A stretch of 64,000 bases of DNA, from positions 665,676 through 729,675 of the forward strand of contig JAHJQF010000001.1 of assembly GCA_018819405.1 (NCBI GenBank), read 5' to 3'. The stretch is from Patescibacteria group bacterium (GTDB lineage Bacteria > Patescibacteriota > Patescibacteriia > UBA1558 > GWA2-36-10). The notes beneath the pieces are model-generated. The model was not told the DNA's origin, ran no database searches, and saw nothing but the letters and a program-made list of their open reading frames with translations. The position numbers were made by a program, and so were the translations under genes. The number at the start of each line of letters is the position of its first letter. The first letter of the stretch is position 1. Of the stretch, positions 27,001 through 37,331 are shown one piece after another.

Positions 27001-27083
27001 TAAAATAATTTATTTTTATGAGCAGAGAAAAACAAATAAAAATTTCTAATCCCGTTAGAGGTTTAGCTATAGACGGGACTAAG

Positions 27084-28286
27084 CAGGTGAAAATAAAAAA
27101 ATATTTTATTTTACTTCTGATTTTACCTGTATTTTTATCTGGTTGCATTTTGAGTGTAAATCAGAAAAAACCAGCCAGCACTGAAACTAGCGGCGGTCTT
27201 TTTAGAAGTAGTGATCAGGCCAAGACTTGGGAAAAGGTAACTACTTTATATACCACTGGTGGACAAAAAGCTACATTTGATGCAGCTAGTATTACCGTGA
27301 TGGCTTTTGATCATTTGGATGACTCAGCTATTTATTTGGGTACGCAGCATGATGGTATATTTTATAGTTACAATTATGGAGATGGTTGGTTCAATACGCT
27401 TAGTGGTATTGGCACAATCAATGATATAGTGGTTGATCAGGCTCAAAACTGTACAATCTATGCAGCCGCACATAATAAAATATATAAAACTACAGATTGC
27501 TCTCGTACTTGGAATAGGATGTTTTTTGAAACCAGAAAAGGCCAATATATAACCGCGGTCAACATTAGTCCTCGGGATAATCAAATAATTTATGCTGGTA
27601 ATTCCAGTGGAGACTTTTTAAGAAGTAATGATGGTGGTCTGACTTGGGATGTATTAGACAGATTTGGCGCTAGAATAACGGATATTTTCGTTTTAGAAAA
27701 AGAAGATAGTCCTATAGTTTATGCTGTAGTGCAAGATAAAGGAATCTATAAGAGTGAAGATGAAGCAGAAATTTGGACAAATCTTATGGATTTGCGTGTT
27801 GATAGAGCCGAGATTGATGAAGATGAGGCATTTATAACAATTATAGAAGATGAAGAAAAGAAAATGGGACGAAAACTTACCAATCAAGAAAAATATGATT
27901 TGGAGCAAGAAAAAAAATATTTAAGCCTATACAAAATAAAAGGAGCTACTAGTATTGTTACAGCTAGTATAGACCGAAGTATAGAAGATGGTATTATATT
28001 TACATCTCGTGGTACTATATATCGCTTGACTGATGGTCGTATCTGGAAGCAAATTAAATTGCTCACTCCACCAAGTAGTAAAGAAATTATTTATTCAGTT
28101 CTAGTCAATCCCAAAAATACTCAAGAGATTTTTTATGGTACTTCCAAAGCTTTGTATCATTCACTGGACAACGGTAGTACTTGGTCTATTGATAGTTTGC
28201 CGACTGATTTTACAGCTCGTGGTTTAGCTTATTCATTGGATAATAAATATTTATACTTAGGAGCATTTAAAATTGAGGAAAAATAA
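27084..28286 (+). CDS. Lipoprotein with BNR/sortilin-like repeats (SxDxGxTW).
   Basis: A signal peptide and lipobox (LLILPVFLSGC) are followed by the repeats SSDQAKTWEKV, SNDGGLTWDVL and SLDNGSTWSI. A GTG start is assumed at 27084. The track ORF from 27018 would put about 20 residues ahead of the signal peptide. Confidence 0.5.
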   Translation, partial: QVKIKKYFILLLILPVFLSGCILSVNQKKPASTETSGGLFRSSDQAKTWEKVTTLYTTGGQKATFDAASITVMAFDHLDDSAIYLGTQHDGIFYSYNYGDGWFNTLSGIGTINDIVVDQAQNCTIYAAAHNKIYKTTDCSRTWNRMFFETRKGQYITAVNISPRDNQIIYAGNSSGDFLRSNDGGLTWDVLDRFGARITDIFVLEKEDSPIVYAVVQDKGIYKSEDEAEIWTNLMDLRVDRAEIDEDEAFITIIEDEEKKMGRKLTNQEKYDLEQEKKYLSLYKIKGATSIVTASIDRSIEDGIIFTSRGTIYRLTDGRIWKQIKLLTPPSSKEIIYSVLVNPKNTQEIFYGTSKALYHSLDNGSTWSIDSLPTDFTARGLAYSLDNKYLYLGAFKIEEK

Positions 28287-28290
28287 TAAT

Positions 28291-28845
28291 ATGCATAATT
28301 TAATAGAGACAAATAAAGAACACTTTGATAAAACCATTGACTTTCTAAAAAAAGATATTGGTTCACTTCGTACTGGACGTATTTCACCAAGTTTGGTAGA
28401 AAAAATAATGGTTGAAAGTTACGGTGTAAAAACTGAACTTTTACAATTGGCGGCTATTAGTTCGCCGGAGCCACAATCCATTGCTATAAAGCCTTGGGAT
28501 AAGGGAGTGGTTAGTAGTATTGAAAAAGCTATTAACCAGTCTGATTTGAATGTAAATCCGGTGGTGGATGGGGATTTGGTAAGATTAAATTTTCCTCCTT
28601 TGACAGAAGAAAGTAGAAAAAATTTGGTTAAAATATTACATAAAAAATTAGAAGAATCACGTATTGCCCTTCGCGGACAGCGTGAAAAAATAAGAGAGGA
28701 CATAATATCCAAAGAAAGAAGTGGAGAAATCGCTGAAGATGGTAAATTTCAGGCTCTTAATGATCTTGATGAGCTGATCAAAGAGTATAATGAAAAAATC
28801 AAACAAATTGGCGATGAAAAAGAAAAAGAAATAATGACAATTTAA
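28291..28845 (+). CDS. frr: Ribosome recycling factor.
   Basis: LRTGRISPSLVEKIMVESYG, KPWDKGVVSSIEKAINQSDLNVNP and LVRLNFPPLTEESRKNLVK match RRF along its whole length. Length is 184 aa. Confidence 0.85.
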   Translation: MHNLIETNKEHFDKTIDFLKKDIGSLRTGRISPSLVEKIMVESYGVKTELLQLAAISSPEPQSIAIKPWDKGVVSSIEKAINQSDLNVNPVVDGDLVRLNFPPLTEESRKNLVKILHKKLEESRIALRGQREKIREDIISKERSGEIAEDGKFQALNDLDELIKEYNEKIKQIGDEKEKEIMTI

Positions 28846-28848
28846 AAT

Positions 28849-29955
28849 ATGGAAACAATTATAACATTTATATTAATTTTAGGTTTGCTAATCCTAGTTC
28901 ATGAACTAGGACACTTTATTAGTGCGCGTCGTTTGGGAGTAGATGTGGAGGAGTTTGCGATTGGTTTTCCACCCAAGATTTTTTCCAAAAAGAAAAATGG
29001 AGTGAAATATTCAATCAACTGGATACCACTGGGCGGTTATGTAAAAATTAAAGGGGAGTCTGGAGACAATACTGACGATCCAAATAGTTTTGCTGTCCAG
29101 CCGGCTTGGAAAAAACTTATTATTGTTTCAGCTGGTGTATTTATGAATTTTCTCTTGTCTTTTATTTTACTATCAATTATTTTTGTATCTGGATTTCCAC
29201 AAGAACTAGACGGTAGTATCCCGGCTGACAAAATAACTGATAAAAGAGTAACGGTTTTGGAAATAGTCAAAAACAGCCCAGCTGATAAAGCGGGTATTGA
29301 GATAGGCGATAAAGTAGTTTCTATAAATGGCGAGGTATTTGATGATTATAATGCTGCTCATGATAAAATAGAGAGCCTAAGGGGTCAGACAGTTGATATT
29401 ATCGTAGAAAAATCAAACAAACAGACCGAACAATACAAGATAGAACATGCTCAATTAGATGGCGAAGAGGCTTCAATGATTGGTATTGGTATTATTAATA
29501 CTGGTGTTGTAAATTATGGATTTTTTGGCGGTATATGGCAGGGTTTGAAAGTCACGGGCATTATGATATTTCGTATTATCCAAGCTTTGTATTATCTAAT
29601 TGCTGACTTAGTTACCAAAGGTGCTGTGCCTGAGGGATTTGGTGGGCCGGTAGCAGTAGCGATGGTGACTGGCGAAGTCATAAAATTAGGATTTTTACGT
29701 ATTGTATATTTTGCTGCTGTCTTATCTATCAATCTAGGGGTTATAAATTTCTTCCCTTTCCCGGCTCTGGATGGAGGTCGCGCCTTATTTATTAGTTTGC
29801 AGGCCATCACCAGGCGAAAGCTAAATGAAAAAGTAGAGGCTTGGATACATAATAGCGGTTTTATCATTTTGGTGGCTTTATTAGTTATTATTACTGTTAG
29901 AGATTTTAAGAATTATGGACCAATGATATTTAATTCTATCAAAAATTTATTTTAA
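28849..29955 (+). CDS. rseP: Site-2 protease (RseP-type, M50 family) with a PDZ domain.
   Basis: The HExxH motif (ILVHELGHFISARRLGV) and a PDZ stretch (GIEIGDKVVSINGEVF) are present. The C-terminal motif LSINLGVINFFPFPALDGGR is also present. Confidence 0.8.
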   Translation: METIITFILILGLLILVHELGHFISARRLGVDVEEFAIGFPPKIFSKKKNGVKYSINWIPLGGYVKIKGESGDNTDDPNSFAVQPAWKKLIIVSAGVFMNFLLSFILLSIIFVSGFPQELDGSIPADKITDKRVTVLEIVKNSPADKAGIEIGDKVVSINGEVFDDYNAAHDKIESLRGQTVDIIVEKSNKQTEQYKIEHAQLDGEEASMIGIGIINTGVVNYGFFGGIWQGLKVTGIMIFRIIQALYYLIADLVTKGAVPEGFGGPVAVAMVTGEVIKLGFLRIVYFAAVLSINLGVINFFPFPALDGGRALFISLQAITRRKLNEKVEAWIHNSGFIILVALLVIITVRDFKNYGPMIFNSIKNLF

Positions 29956-29958
29956 GAT

Positions 29959-30252
29959 ATGAAATTTTCCATAAAAACAGCAGATATAAAAGAAAATCCT
30001 TTGACTATGATGAGGCGCTTGGGATATCATCCACATCGTGGCTCTTCGATGAGCTTTGCCCGTCGCTTGACGCATGATGAATTTCCCAGACTACACGTGT
30101 ATATGAATGATCAAGGAGACTCTCTAGAGATTTCTATACATTTGGATCAAAAAGCAGCTTGTCATAATGACCAGACAGCTCACAGCGGTGAATATGATGG
30201 TCAGATTTTGGAAGACGAGAAAAGACGTATAACAGAGCAATTAAAAAATTAG
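29959..30252 (+). CDS. Hypothetical protein, 97 aa.
   Basis: The ORF is tightly coupled between rseP and proS. No family was recognised. Confidence 0.35.
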   Translation: MKFSIKTADIKENPLTMMRRLGYHPHRGSSMSFARRLTHDEFPRLHVYMNDQGDSLEISIHLDQKAACHNDQTAHSGEYDGQILEDEKRRITEQLKN

Positions 30253-30255
30253 TGT

Positions 30256-31500
30256 ATGAGACAATCAAAATTATTTGGTAAGACTAGACGTGATATTAGT
30301 CAGGATGAAAAAAGTATCAATGCGGAGTTGCTTATCCGTGGCGGTTTTATTGAAAAGCACATGGCTGGTGTTTATAATTATTTGCCACTTGGTTTAAGAG
30401 TATTTAGAAAAGTGGAAAATATTATCAGAGATGAAATGAATGCAGTGGATGGGCAGGAGATGCTCATGACTGCTCTTCAACCAAAAGATTTGTGGCAGAA
30501 AACAGGCCGTTGGGATGAGATGCAAGATATTATGTATCAGTTTCCTGATGGTCATGGCAATGAAGTTGGTTTAGCTACTACTCATGAGGAGGTAGTCACA
30601 GAATTAGCAAAGCAACAAATAAACTCTTATAAAGATTTACCAATTTATATTTATCAGATTCAGGATAAATTTCGCAATGAAAAGAGAGCTAAGTCAGGAT
30701 TACTTCGTGGTCGTGAATTTTCTATGAAAGATTTGTATAGTTTTCACGCTGATGAAAAAGATTTGGATAAATATTATATGTTGGTGCATGATGCTTATCT
30801 TAAAATTTTTAAACGTCTAGGTTTGGAGGCATTTTCAGTAGAGGCATCTGGTGGCACTATGAGTAAACAATTTTCTCATGAGTTTATGGTAATTACCGAG
30901 GCCGGGGAAGATGTGACTGTACTTTGCAAAAAATGTTTTTGGGCACAAAACAAAGAAATAGCACAATCTAAAGCAGGCGACAAATGTCCAAAGTGTGGTC
31001 ATAAACTAGAGGAAGCCAAGACTGTAGAGGCAGGTAATATTTTTAGACTTGGTACAAAGTATTCTAGCTCACTTGCTTTGCAATACACCGACAAAGAAGG
31101 TAAAAAGCATGATGTTTTAATGGGATCTTATGGTATAGGTTTAGGCAGAGTAATGGGCACTGTGGTAGAAGCTAGTCACGACAAAGACGGAATCATTTGG
31201 ACTAAGACTACTACGCCTTACCATATACATTTGCTAAATTTTGCAAAAAATGGTAAGACAGATGAGAAAAGTGACAGTATTTATGAATCATTAAAGTCAG
31301 CTGGATTTGATGTCTTATATGATGATAGGGAAATTTCTTTTGGTAAAAAACTCAAAGATGCTGACTTGATTGGTATACCTTATCAATTAGTAATTTCTGA
31401 CAAAAATCAGGATTTAGAACTTATTAGCCGTTTTGATCATAAAAAAGAAATGATGGATATCAAACAAGTCATAAATGCTCTAGATAAATTTTATAAATAA
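30256..31500 (+). CDS. proS: Prolyl-tRNA synthetase, a compact form without the editing insertion and with an inserted zinc ribbon.
   Basis: The N-terminus LFGKTRRDISQDEKSINAELLIRGGFIEK..VYNYLPLGLRVFRKVENIIRDEM and the motifs LQPKDLWQKTGRWDEM and YQIQDKFRNEKRAKSGLLRGREFSMKDLYSFH match bacterial ProRS. CKKCFWAQ..CPKCGH is a CxxC..CxxC module. Confidence 0.85.
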   Translation: MRQSKLFGKTRRDISQDEKSINAELLIRGGFIEKHMAGVYNYLPLGLRVFRKVENIIRDEMNAVDGQEMLMTALQPKDLWQKTGRWDEMQDIMYQFPDGHGNEVGLATTHEEVVTELAKQQINSYKDLPIYIYQIQDKFRNEKRAKSGLLRGREFSMKDLYSFHADEKDLDKYYMLVHDAYLKIFKRLGLEAFSVEASGGTMSKQFSHEFMVITEAGEDVTVLCKKCFWAQNKEIAQSKAGDKCPKCGHKLEEAKTVEAGNIFRLGTKYSSSLALQYTDKEGKKHDVLMGSYGIGLGRVMGTVVEASHDKDGIIWTKTTTPYHIHLLNFAKNGKTDEKSDSIYESLKSAGFDVLYDDREISFGKKLKDADLIGIPYQLVISDKNQDLELISRFDHKKEMMDIKQVINALDKFYK

Positions 31501-32552
31501 TGTTTAAAAGACTATTTCGAAATTTTTCTAAAGACATTGGTATTGACCTGGGAACGGCCAATACTTTAGTTTATGTCAAAGATCAGGGAATTATTATCAA
31601 TGAGCCATCTATAGTGGCAATAAATAATCGTACCGAAAAAATTGTAGCAGTTGGTGAAGATGCCAAAATCATGATGGGTAAGACTCCTCAGCATATTACT
31701 GTCAGTCGTCCTTTGGTAGACGGGATTATTTCTGATTTTGAAGTATCTGAAAAAATGCTCAAGCATTTTATAGAAAAAGTCCATCGTGAATCATTTACAT
31801 TTATGCCTCGACCAAGAGTAGTGATTGGTCTCCCTCTTGATGTGACAGAAGTAGAAAGAAAGGCAGTAGAAGATTCAGTGATGGGGGCTGGTGCTTCAGA
31901 AGTGCTGCTTATAGAAGAGCCAATGGCAGCTGCCATTGGAGCTGGTTTACCAATTTTGGAGGCTTCAGGATCAATGATAGTTGACATTGGAGGTGGTACT
32001 ACAGAGATTGCGGTTATTTCATTAGGAGGAGTAGTTTCTTGGAAATCTCTCAAACTGGCCGGTGATAAATTAAACGAAGCTATTATTCAGTATGCTCGTG
32101 ATAAATTTAATTTGCTTTTAGGGGAGAGGACTGCGGAAAAGATTAAGATACAGGTAGCTTCGGTGTTGCCAATGGACAAGGTATTAAAAACTACCATGCG
32201 TGGTCGTGACCTTTTGACTGGTTTGCCAAAAGAGGTTCAAATTACTGATGCTAATATTCGTGAGGCTATTATACGGCCGGTGAAATTGATAGTAGAAAAT
32301 ATTAAGGCTACTATTGAAAACACTCCCCCGGAGCTTGTCGCCGATCTTTATGAAAAAGGCATGGTCTTATCAGGTGGTGGGGCCTTACTGAGGGGTTTGG
32401 ATACTCTTATTTCACAAGAAACTAAAATGCCTGTTCATATTACTGATGAACCACTGACGGCAGTGGTCCGAGGTACCGGAAAAATATTGGATGATTTAGA
32501 TAATTTACAAGATATAATTTTACCTTCTACTAAAGATTTGGGACTAAATTAA
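31500..32552 (+). CDS. mreB: Rod shape-determining protein MreB.
   Basis: DIGIDLGTANTLVYVKDQGIIINEPSIVA and DIGGGTTEIAVISLGG match the actin-like ATPase motifs. Confidence 0.9.
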   Translation: MFKRLFRNFSKDIGIDLGTANTLVYVKDQGIIINEPSIVAINNRTEKIVAVGEDAKIMMGKTPQHITVSRPLVDGIISDFEVSEKMLKHFIEKVHRESFTFMPRPRVVIGLPLDVTEVERKAVEDSVMGAGASEVLLIEEPMAAAIGAGLPILEASGSMIVDIGGGTTEIAVISLGGVVSWKSLKLAGDKLNEAIIQYARDKFNLLLGERTAEKIKIQVASVLPMDKVLKTTMRGRDLLTGLPKEVQITDANIREAIIRPVKLIVENIKATIENTPPELVADLYEKGMVLSGGGALLRGLDTLISQETKMPVHITDEPLTAVVRGTGKILDDLDNLQDIILPSTKDLGLN

Positions 32553-32565
32553 AAAACCACAATTT

Positions 32566-33306
32566 ATGCTAAAACAAAATCTAAGAGTTTTTTTGCTTTT
32601 CATATTGGTTGTGATTTTTTTAATTTTATTTAAAAATGGTCAAATTTTTGATGTAGGGATTTTGTTTCGTAGTTGGTTTGGTCCCAAGGGATCGGTAAAT
32701 CAGCTTTATGATCAGCCAAGTGATCTGGAAGAGGATTATAAAAATCTGTTGGTTGAAAATAATCAACTAAAAACTCTAGCCAAAGAAAATCAAGAACTTC
32801 GTGAATTATTAGCGCTAAAGGAAAAAGAAAATTATACCTTAGCTATTGCCGATATATTGGGTCGTGATCCGGTCAATAGAAACATTTTGATTATTGATAT
32901 TGGAAAAAATAAAAATGTGGAGTTGGGTCAGGCGGTTGTAGTAAACAATGGTATTATTGTAGGGAAGGTAATAGATGTTGGGCAGGATTCTTCAAAGGTG
33001 CGTCTTTTGACTGATAGTTTTAGCAAATTAGCTGTCAAAGTAGGTGATCAACAAAATATTTCTGGTATTTTGACTGGCTCCTTGGGTTTGGTGATGGACT
33101 TGAGTTATATACCACAGGAGCAGGAGATAAAAAAAGGAGATCTGGTAGTAAGTGCCGATATAGATGCCAAGATTCCTAGCGGTCTGGTGATTGGTAAGGT
33201 GGAGGAAGTAGAATTTTCTCAGGAGGAGCTATTTAAAAATGCGTCTATTAGCCCGCTTATAAATTATGATAATTTAAGTATGTTAGCAATTATTACTAGT
33301 TTATGA
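32566..33306 (+). CDS. mreC: Rod shape-determining protein MreC.
   Basis: An N-terminal transmembrane segment is followed by a coiled coil (LKTLAKENQELRELLALKE) and a beta domain (GQAVVVNNGIIVGKVIDVG). Confidence 0.8.
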   Translation: MLKQNLRVFLLFILVVIFLILFKNGQIFDVGILFRSWFGPKGSVNQLYDQPSDLEEDYKNLLVENNQLKTLAKENQELRELLALKEKENYTLAIADILGRDPVNRNILIIDIGKNKNVELGQAVVVNNGIIVGKVIDVGQDSSKVRLLTDSFSKLAVKVGDQQNISGILTGSLGLVMDLSYIPQEQEIKKGDLVVSADIDAKIPSGLVIGKVEEVEFSQEELFKNASISPLINYDNLSMLAIITSL

Positions 33307-33806
33307 AGTATTTAGTTATAATTTTTATTTATCTTCTGTCTGCTTTTTCTTTTATTGTTCTGAATCTTTATGATAATGGTTGGCAATTTTTGCAGCCATT
33401 TTTAGTCACTAGTCTTTTAGTGTATTACAATCAGAAGAACCCTTGGATTTATTATGCTTATGCTGGTCTGGCCGGCTTGTTTGTAGATTCCTTTACAGGT
33501 GTGTTTGGACTTCATGCAATATTTTTTATGCTCATTATTTTTATTTTAGCTAGTTTACAACTTACAATTTTAACTTCAAAAAATATTTTGACTATTATAC
33601 TTTTATCTTTGTCTGCCTTTGTCATGTTTTGGCTGTTTTTTTTGACAGCAAATTTTATTTTCCCTTGGAACTTATATATTATAAATTTTGATATGATGTT
33701 GCAGGTGATCAAGATGATGGGTATAAATTTGTTTATACTTATCTTAGTTCATTTGCTTTATTATAATTTTTGGGCCAAACACCATGATAAAAAGCAATCC
33801 TTTTAA
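33303..33806 (+). CDS. mreD: MreD-like polytopic membrane protein.
   Basis: A 167-aa all-hydrophobic ORF lying between mreC and PBP2. Confidence 0.5.
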   Translation: MKYLVIIFIYLLSAFSFIVLNLYDNGWQFLQPFLVTSLLVYYNQKNPWIYYAYAGLAGLFVDSFTGVFGLHAIFFMLIIFILASLQLTILTSKNILTIILLSLSAFVMFWLFFLTANFIFPWNLYIINFDMMLQVIKMMGINLFILILVHLLYYNFWAKHHDKKQSF

Positions 33807-35691
33807 AATTCAAGAGGGGTCAGTCAAGGATTCAAAGGTCAGCGGCTTTATAAAACAAAAAAAAAGCGGTGATTATTTAGAGTTGGGTTGGTTGGGAAAG
33901 CATCAGAGGCTTGGTAAGTTTTTTGCCGATAGAAAAATCAGAAATCTTTTTATTTTATTTTTATTTATTCTTTTTATTTTATTTGGCCGAGCTTTTTATT
34001 TGCAAGTTGTCAGGGGGGAATATTTTAGGAATGTGGCTGAGGGAAATAGGATTAAATCCAATATAATCAAAGCCAATCGTGGTTTATTTTATGATCGTTT
34101 TGGAAATTTGATGGTCAAAAATGTTTCATATTTCTTTTTATATCTTATTCCTGATTTTTTGCCGACTGAGATTGAGATCAGAGATGAAATACTCAATCAA
34201 GTAGCCTCAACTTTGGGAATAGATAAAACAGAAATTGAAGCTCGTATTCAAGAGGAGTCTGATAGCTCAGATCAGGTTTTGATTTATGAAAATATTTCTT
34301 ATCAGACAGCTATCAAGCTAATTATCATGTCAGAAAATTATCCAGCTATTAATATTTCTTTTGAACCTCGCCGTCAATATTTTGCTGATTTGGGTTCAGC
34401 TCATATCTTGGGTTATTTGGGAGCAGTCGGTGAAGAAGATGTTAAAGATGCTAAGTATAATTATCATGATAGAATAGGTAAAAGCGGTTTGGAGTTGATC
34501 TATGAAGATGTACTCAGGGGAAAAGATGGCAGTCAGGAGGTAGAGGTAGACGCTTTATTTAGAGAAAAAAATATGCTGTCTATAACTGATCCAATTGACG
34601 GGGATGATTTATATTTAACATTAGATAATAAGGCTCAGGCCAAACTAGCTGAAATAATGAAAAAATATGCGGCTAACTATGATAAACCAAAAATGGCGGC
34701 TATAGTTTTGGATCCTAAAGATGGCGGAATATTGGCTATGAATAGTTTGCCCGATTATGATAGTAATATTTTTACCAGTGTTTTAAATACTGGGCAATAT
34801 CAAGAGATTATTCAAGATGAAAACAATCCCTTATTGAATAGGGTTATTTCTGGGACTTACCCATTGGGTTCTGTCTTTAAAACAGTGGTTGCTTCAGCTG
34901 CCCTTGAAGAAAAAGTAATAAATAAAAATTTTAAAGTAAATAGTACGGGAGGAGTGAGTGTTGGCGGTAGTTTTTTTCCTGACTGGCGAGCTGGCGGCCA
35001 TGGCATGACAGATATTTATTGGGCAATAGCTGATTCAGTAAATACATTTTTTTATTCTATTGGCGGTGGCAACAATGAATGGCTCAGTCGTGGCTTGGGA
35101 GTAGACAAAATTATTGACTATGCCAAAAAATTTGGCTTTGGCAACAAGACTGGTGTTGATTTACCATCTGAAGCTGTGGGATTTTTGCCTTCCAAAGATT
35201 GGAAAGAAGATACCTTTGGTGAAAGGTGGTATCTGGGGGATACTTATAATCTATCTATTGGTCAAGGATTTTTGACAGTCACACCAATACAAACTGCTGT
35301 TATGATGTCATATTTTGCCAATCAAGGAGTAGCTTATCAACCACATTTTGTCAAAGAAATAAAACAAGGCGATAAAATTGTTCCCTATGAGCCCAAAGCT
35401 ATTTTGACGAATCTTGTAGCATCTGATAATTTAAGTACTGTCAGAGAGGCTCTGAGGTTAACTGTCACCCAAGGCACAGCTCAAAGTCTTCAGTCTGTCC
35501 CAGTCAAAGTAGCCGGCAAAACGGGCACAGCGCAGTTTCGTAAAGATAAAATTCCGCATTCTTGGATGGCAGCCTTTGCACCTTATGATGACCCCAAAAT
35601 TGTGACAGTTGTTTTGGTGGAAGAAGGCGGCGATGTTGGTTGGGCTGTTGCTATAACTCGAGAGTTTATGGAGTGGTATTTTTCCCAATAA
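33784..35691 (+). CDS. mrdA: Penicillin-binding protein 2 (elongasome transpeptidase).
   Basis: A transmembrane segment and dimerisation domain are followed by the transpeptidase motifs GSVFKT (SxxK) and KTGTAQ (KTG). Confidence 0.85.
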   Translation: MIKSNPFKIQEGSVKDSKVSGFIKQKKSGDYLELGWLGKHQRLGKFFADRKIRNLFILFLFILFILFGRAFYLQVVRGEYFRNVAEGNRIKSNIIKANRGLFYDRFGNLMVKNVSYFFLYLIPDFLPTEIEIRDEILNQVASTLGIDKTEIEARIQEESDSSDQVLIYENISYQTAIKLIIMSENYPAINISFEPRRQYFADLGSAHILGYLGAVGEEDVKDAKYNYHDRIGKSGLELIYEDVLRGKDGSQEVEVDALFREKNMLSITDPIDGDDLYLTLDNKAQAKLAEIMKKYAANYDKPKMAAIVLDPKDGGILAMNSLPDYDSNIFTSVLNTGQYQEIIQDENNPLLNRVISGTYPLGSVFKTVVASAALEEKVINKNFKVNSTGGVSVGGSFFPDWRAGGHGMTDIYWAIADSVNTFFYSIGGGNNEWLSRGLGVDKIIDYAKKFGFGNKTGVDLPSEAVGFLPSKDWKEDTFGERWYLGDTYNLSIGQGFLTVTPIQTAVMMSYFANQGVAYQPHFVKEIKQGDKIVPYEPKAILTNLVASDNLSTVREALRLTVTQGTAQSLQSVPVKVAGKTGTAQFRKDKIPHSWMAAFAPYDDPKIVTVVLVEEGGDVGWAVAITREFMEWYFSQ

Positions 35692-35751
35692 TTTGCTAAG
35701 ATATAATTTATTAATAATAAATTAACAAAAATTAAAAAGTATAGAAAGATT

Positions 35752-36210
35752 ATGGATAAAAAAGTTTTTAGCCAAGCTGGGCTGGACAAGCTCAAAAATG
35801 AGCTCGAACACCTCAAAACTGAAAAAAGACCTCAGGTATCTGAGAGGATAAAAACAGCCAAAGAGCTAGGCGATTTATCAGAAAATGCTGAATATCAAGA
35901 TGCCAAAGAAGAGCAGTCTTTTGTTGAAGGCCGTATTTTAGAATTGGAGCATTTGATAAAAACAGCCGTTGTCGCAGAGACCAATGCAGATAGCGATAAA
36001 GTTTATATTGGCTCACAGGTAAAGATTGATAAAGATGGTCAGATTTTAGATTTTACTATAGTTGGTAGTACCGAGGCCGAGCCACTAAGTGGCCGTATTT
36101 CTCTAGAATCTCCATTTGGTAAAGCTTTATTAAACAAAAAAGTTGGTGATGAAGCAGAAGTTGATTTGCCAGGTGGCAAAGTAAAGTGTAAGATTTTAGA
36201 AATAAAATAA
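35752..36210 (+). CDS. greA: Transcription elongation factor GreA.
   Basis: LKNELEHLKTEKRPQVSERIKTAKELGDLSENAEYQDAKEEQSFVEGRILELE matches the GreA N-terminal domain. Confidence 0.9.
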   Translation: MDKKVFSQAGLDKLKNELEHLKTEKRPQVSERIKTAKELGDLSENAEYQDAKEEQSFVEGRILELEHLIKTAVVAETNADSDKVYIGSQVKIDKDGQILDFTIVGSTEAEPLSGRISLESPFGKALLNKKVGDEAEVDLPGGKVKCKILEIK

Positions 36211-36217
36211 AACTATA

Positions 36218-37231
36218 ATGTTTATAAAAAAGATAGGAATTGATTTGGGCACTACTTATACTTTGGTTTATATTCCAAAACGCGGTATTGTAATACACGA
36301 GCCATCTGTTGTGGCTGTTTCTATCTTGGACAATAAAGTAATGGCAGTGGGCGATGAAGCCAAAGAAATGATTGGCCGTACACCGGATTCTATTGTAGCT
36401 GCTAGGCCATTAAAAAATGGAGTAATTGCTGACTATCGTACTACAGAAAGCATGCTTAAATATTTTATAAACAAAGCTGTGGGTGGTATGAAAATATTCA
36501 GACCGGAAGTCATGATTGCCGTACCAGCCGGCATCACCTCTACAGAGAGAAGGGCAGTAATTGATGCTACTTTAAATGCCGGTGCCAAAGCTGCTTATAT
36601 TATCAAAGAGCCGATTGCAGCCGCTATAGGAGCCGATATTCCAATTGGTAGTGCTTCTGGACACATGATTGTTGATATGGGGGGAGGCACCAGTGAAATT
36701 GCTGTTATTTCTTTGGGTGGTATTGTAGCTAGTACATCTGTCAGAATAGGTGGCAATAAATATGACAGTGCCATAGGTGAATTTATAAAAAAGAAATATA
36801 ATTTGGCTATTGGTGAAAGAACTGCTGAAGAAGTAAAAATAAAAATTGGTAGCGCTCAATTTTTACCAAAAGAAGAAAAATTATTTATGGATATCAAAGG
36901 GCGGGATATGATTACTGGGTTGCCACGGACTATCAATGTCAGTTCAGATGATGTGACAGAAGCTTTACAAAATGAATTACAAAGTTTGATCTCGGCTGTA
37001 AAATCTGTCTTATATCAAACACCACCCGAGCTTTCAGCTGATATCATGGACAAGGGCATGGTTTTATCTGGTGGCACTTCACTGCTTAGAAACATGGATA
37101 AATTGCTATCCCAAGCCACTGGCGTACCGGCTTATGTAGCTGATGATTCTCTACTTTGTGTAGCTCGTGGCACAGGTATTGCCCTAGAAAATTTGGAAAG
37201 TTATAAACGAAGTATTTTATCGGCCAAATAA
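36218..37231 (+). CDS. MreB-like actin homolog, a second paralog (Mbl-like).
   Basis: IGIDLGTTYTLVYIPKRGIVIHEPSVVAV and DMGGGTSEIAVISLGG match the actin-like ATPase motifs. It is clearly a paralog of mreB at 31500. Confidence 0.85.
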   Translation: MFIKKIGIDLGTTYTLVYIPKRGIVIHEPSVVAVSILDNKVMAVGDEAKEMIGRTPDSIVAARPLKNGVIADYRTTESMLKYFINKAVGGMKIFRPEVMIAVPAGITSTERRAVIDATLNAGAKAAYIIKEPIAAAIGADIPIGSASGHMIVDMGGGTSEIAVISLGGIVASTSVRIGGNKYDSAIGEFIKKKYNLAIGERTAEEVKIKIGSAQFLPKEEKLFMDIKGRDMITGLPRTINVSSDDVTEALQNELQSLISAVKSVLYQTPPELSADIMDKGMVLSGGTSLLRNMDKLLSQATGVPAYVADDSLLCVARGTGIALENLESYKRSILSAK

Positions 37232-37331
37232 TGAATCCCGTTAGAAATTCACGGGATATTGTGTATAAATAAAGATAGTGTAGTATATATTTCTTGTATG
37301 TTTTATGAAGTAAATTTCTAACGGGATGAAA
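37232..37331 (+). repeat. Stop/start-bridging inverted-repeat element, copy C. The 5' arm TGAATCCCGTTAGAAATTC lies 1 nt after the mreB-paralog stop TAA. The 3' arm AAATTTCTAACGGG ATG AAA contains the glycosyltransferase start.
   Basis: The stem is 15 bp and the loop is 61 nt. The loop contains a TGtagTATATAT extended -10-like motif and a 7-codon mini-ORF (ATGTTTTATGAAGTAAATTTCTAA) that ends at the arm TAA. Confidence 0.75.
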
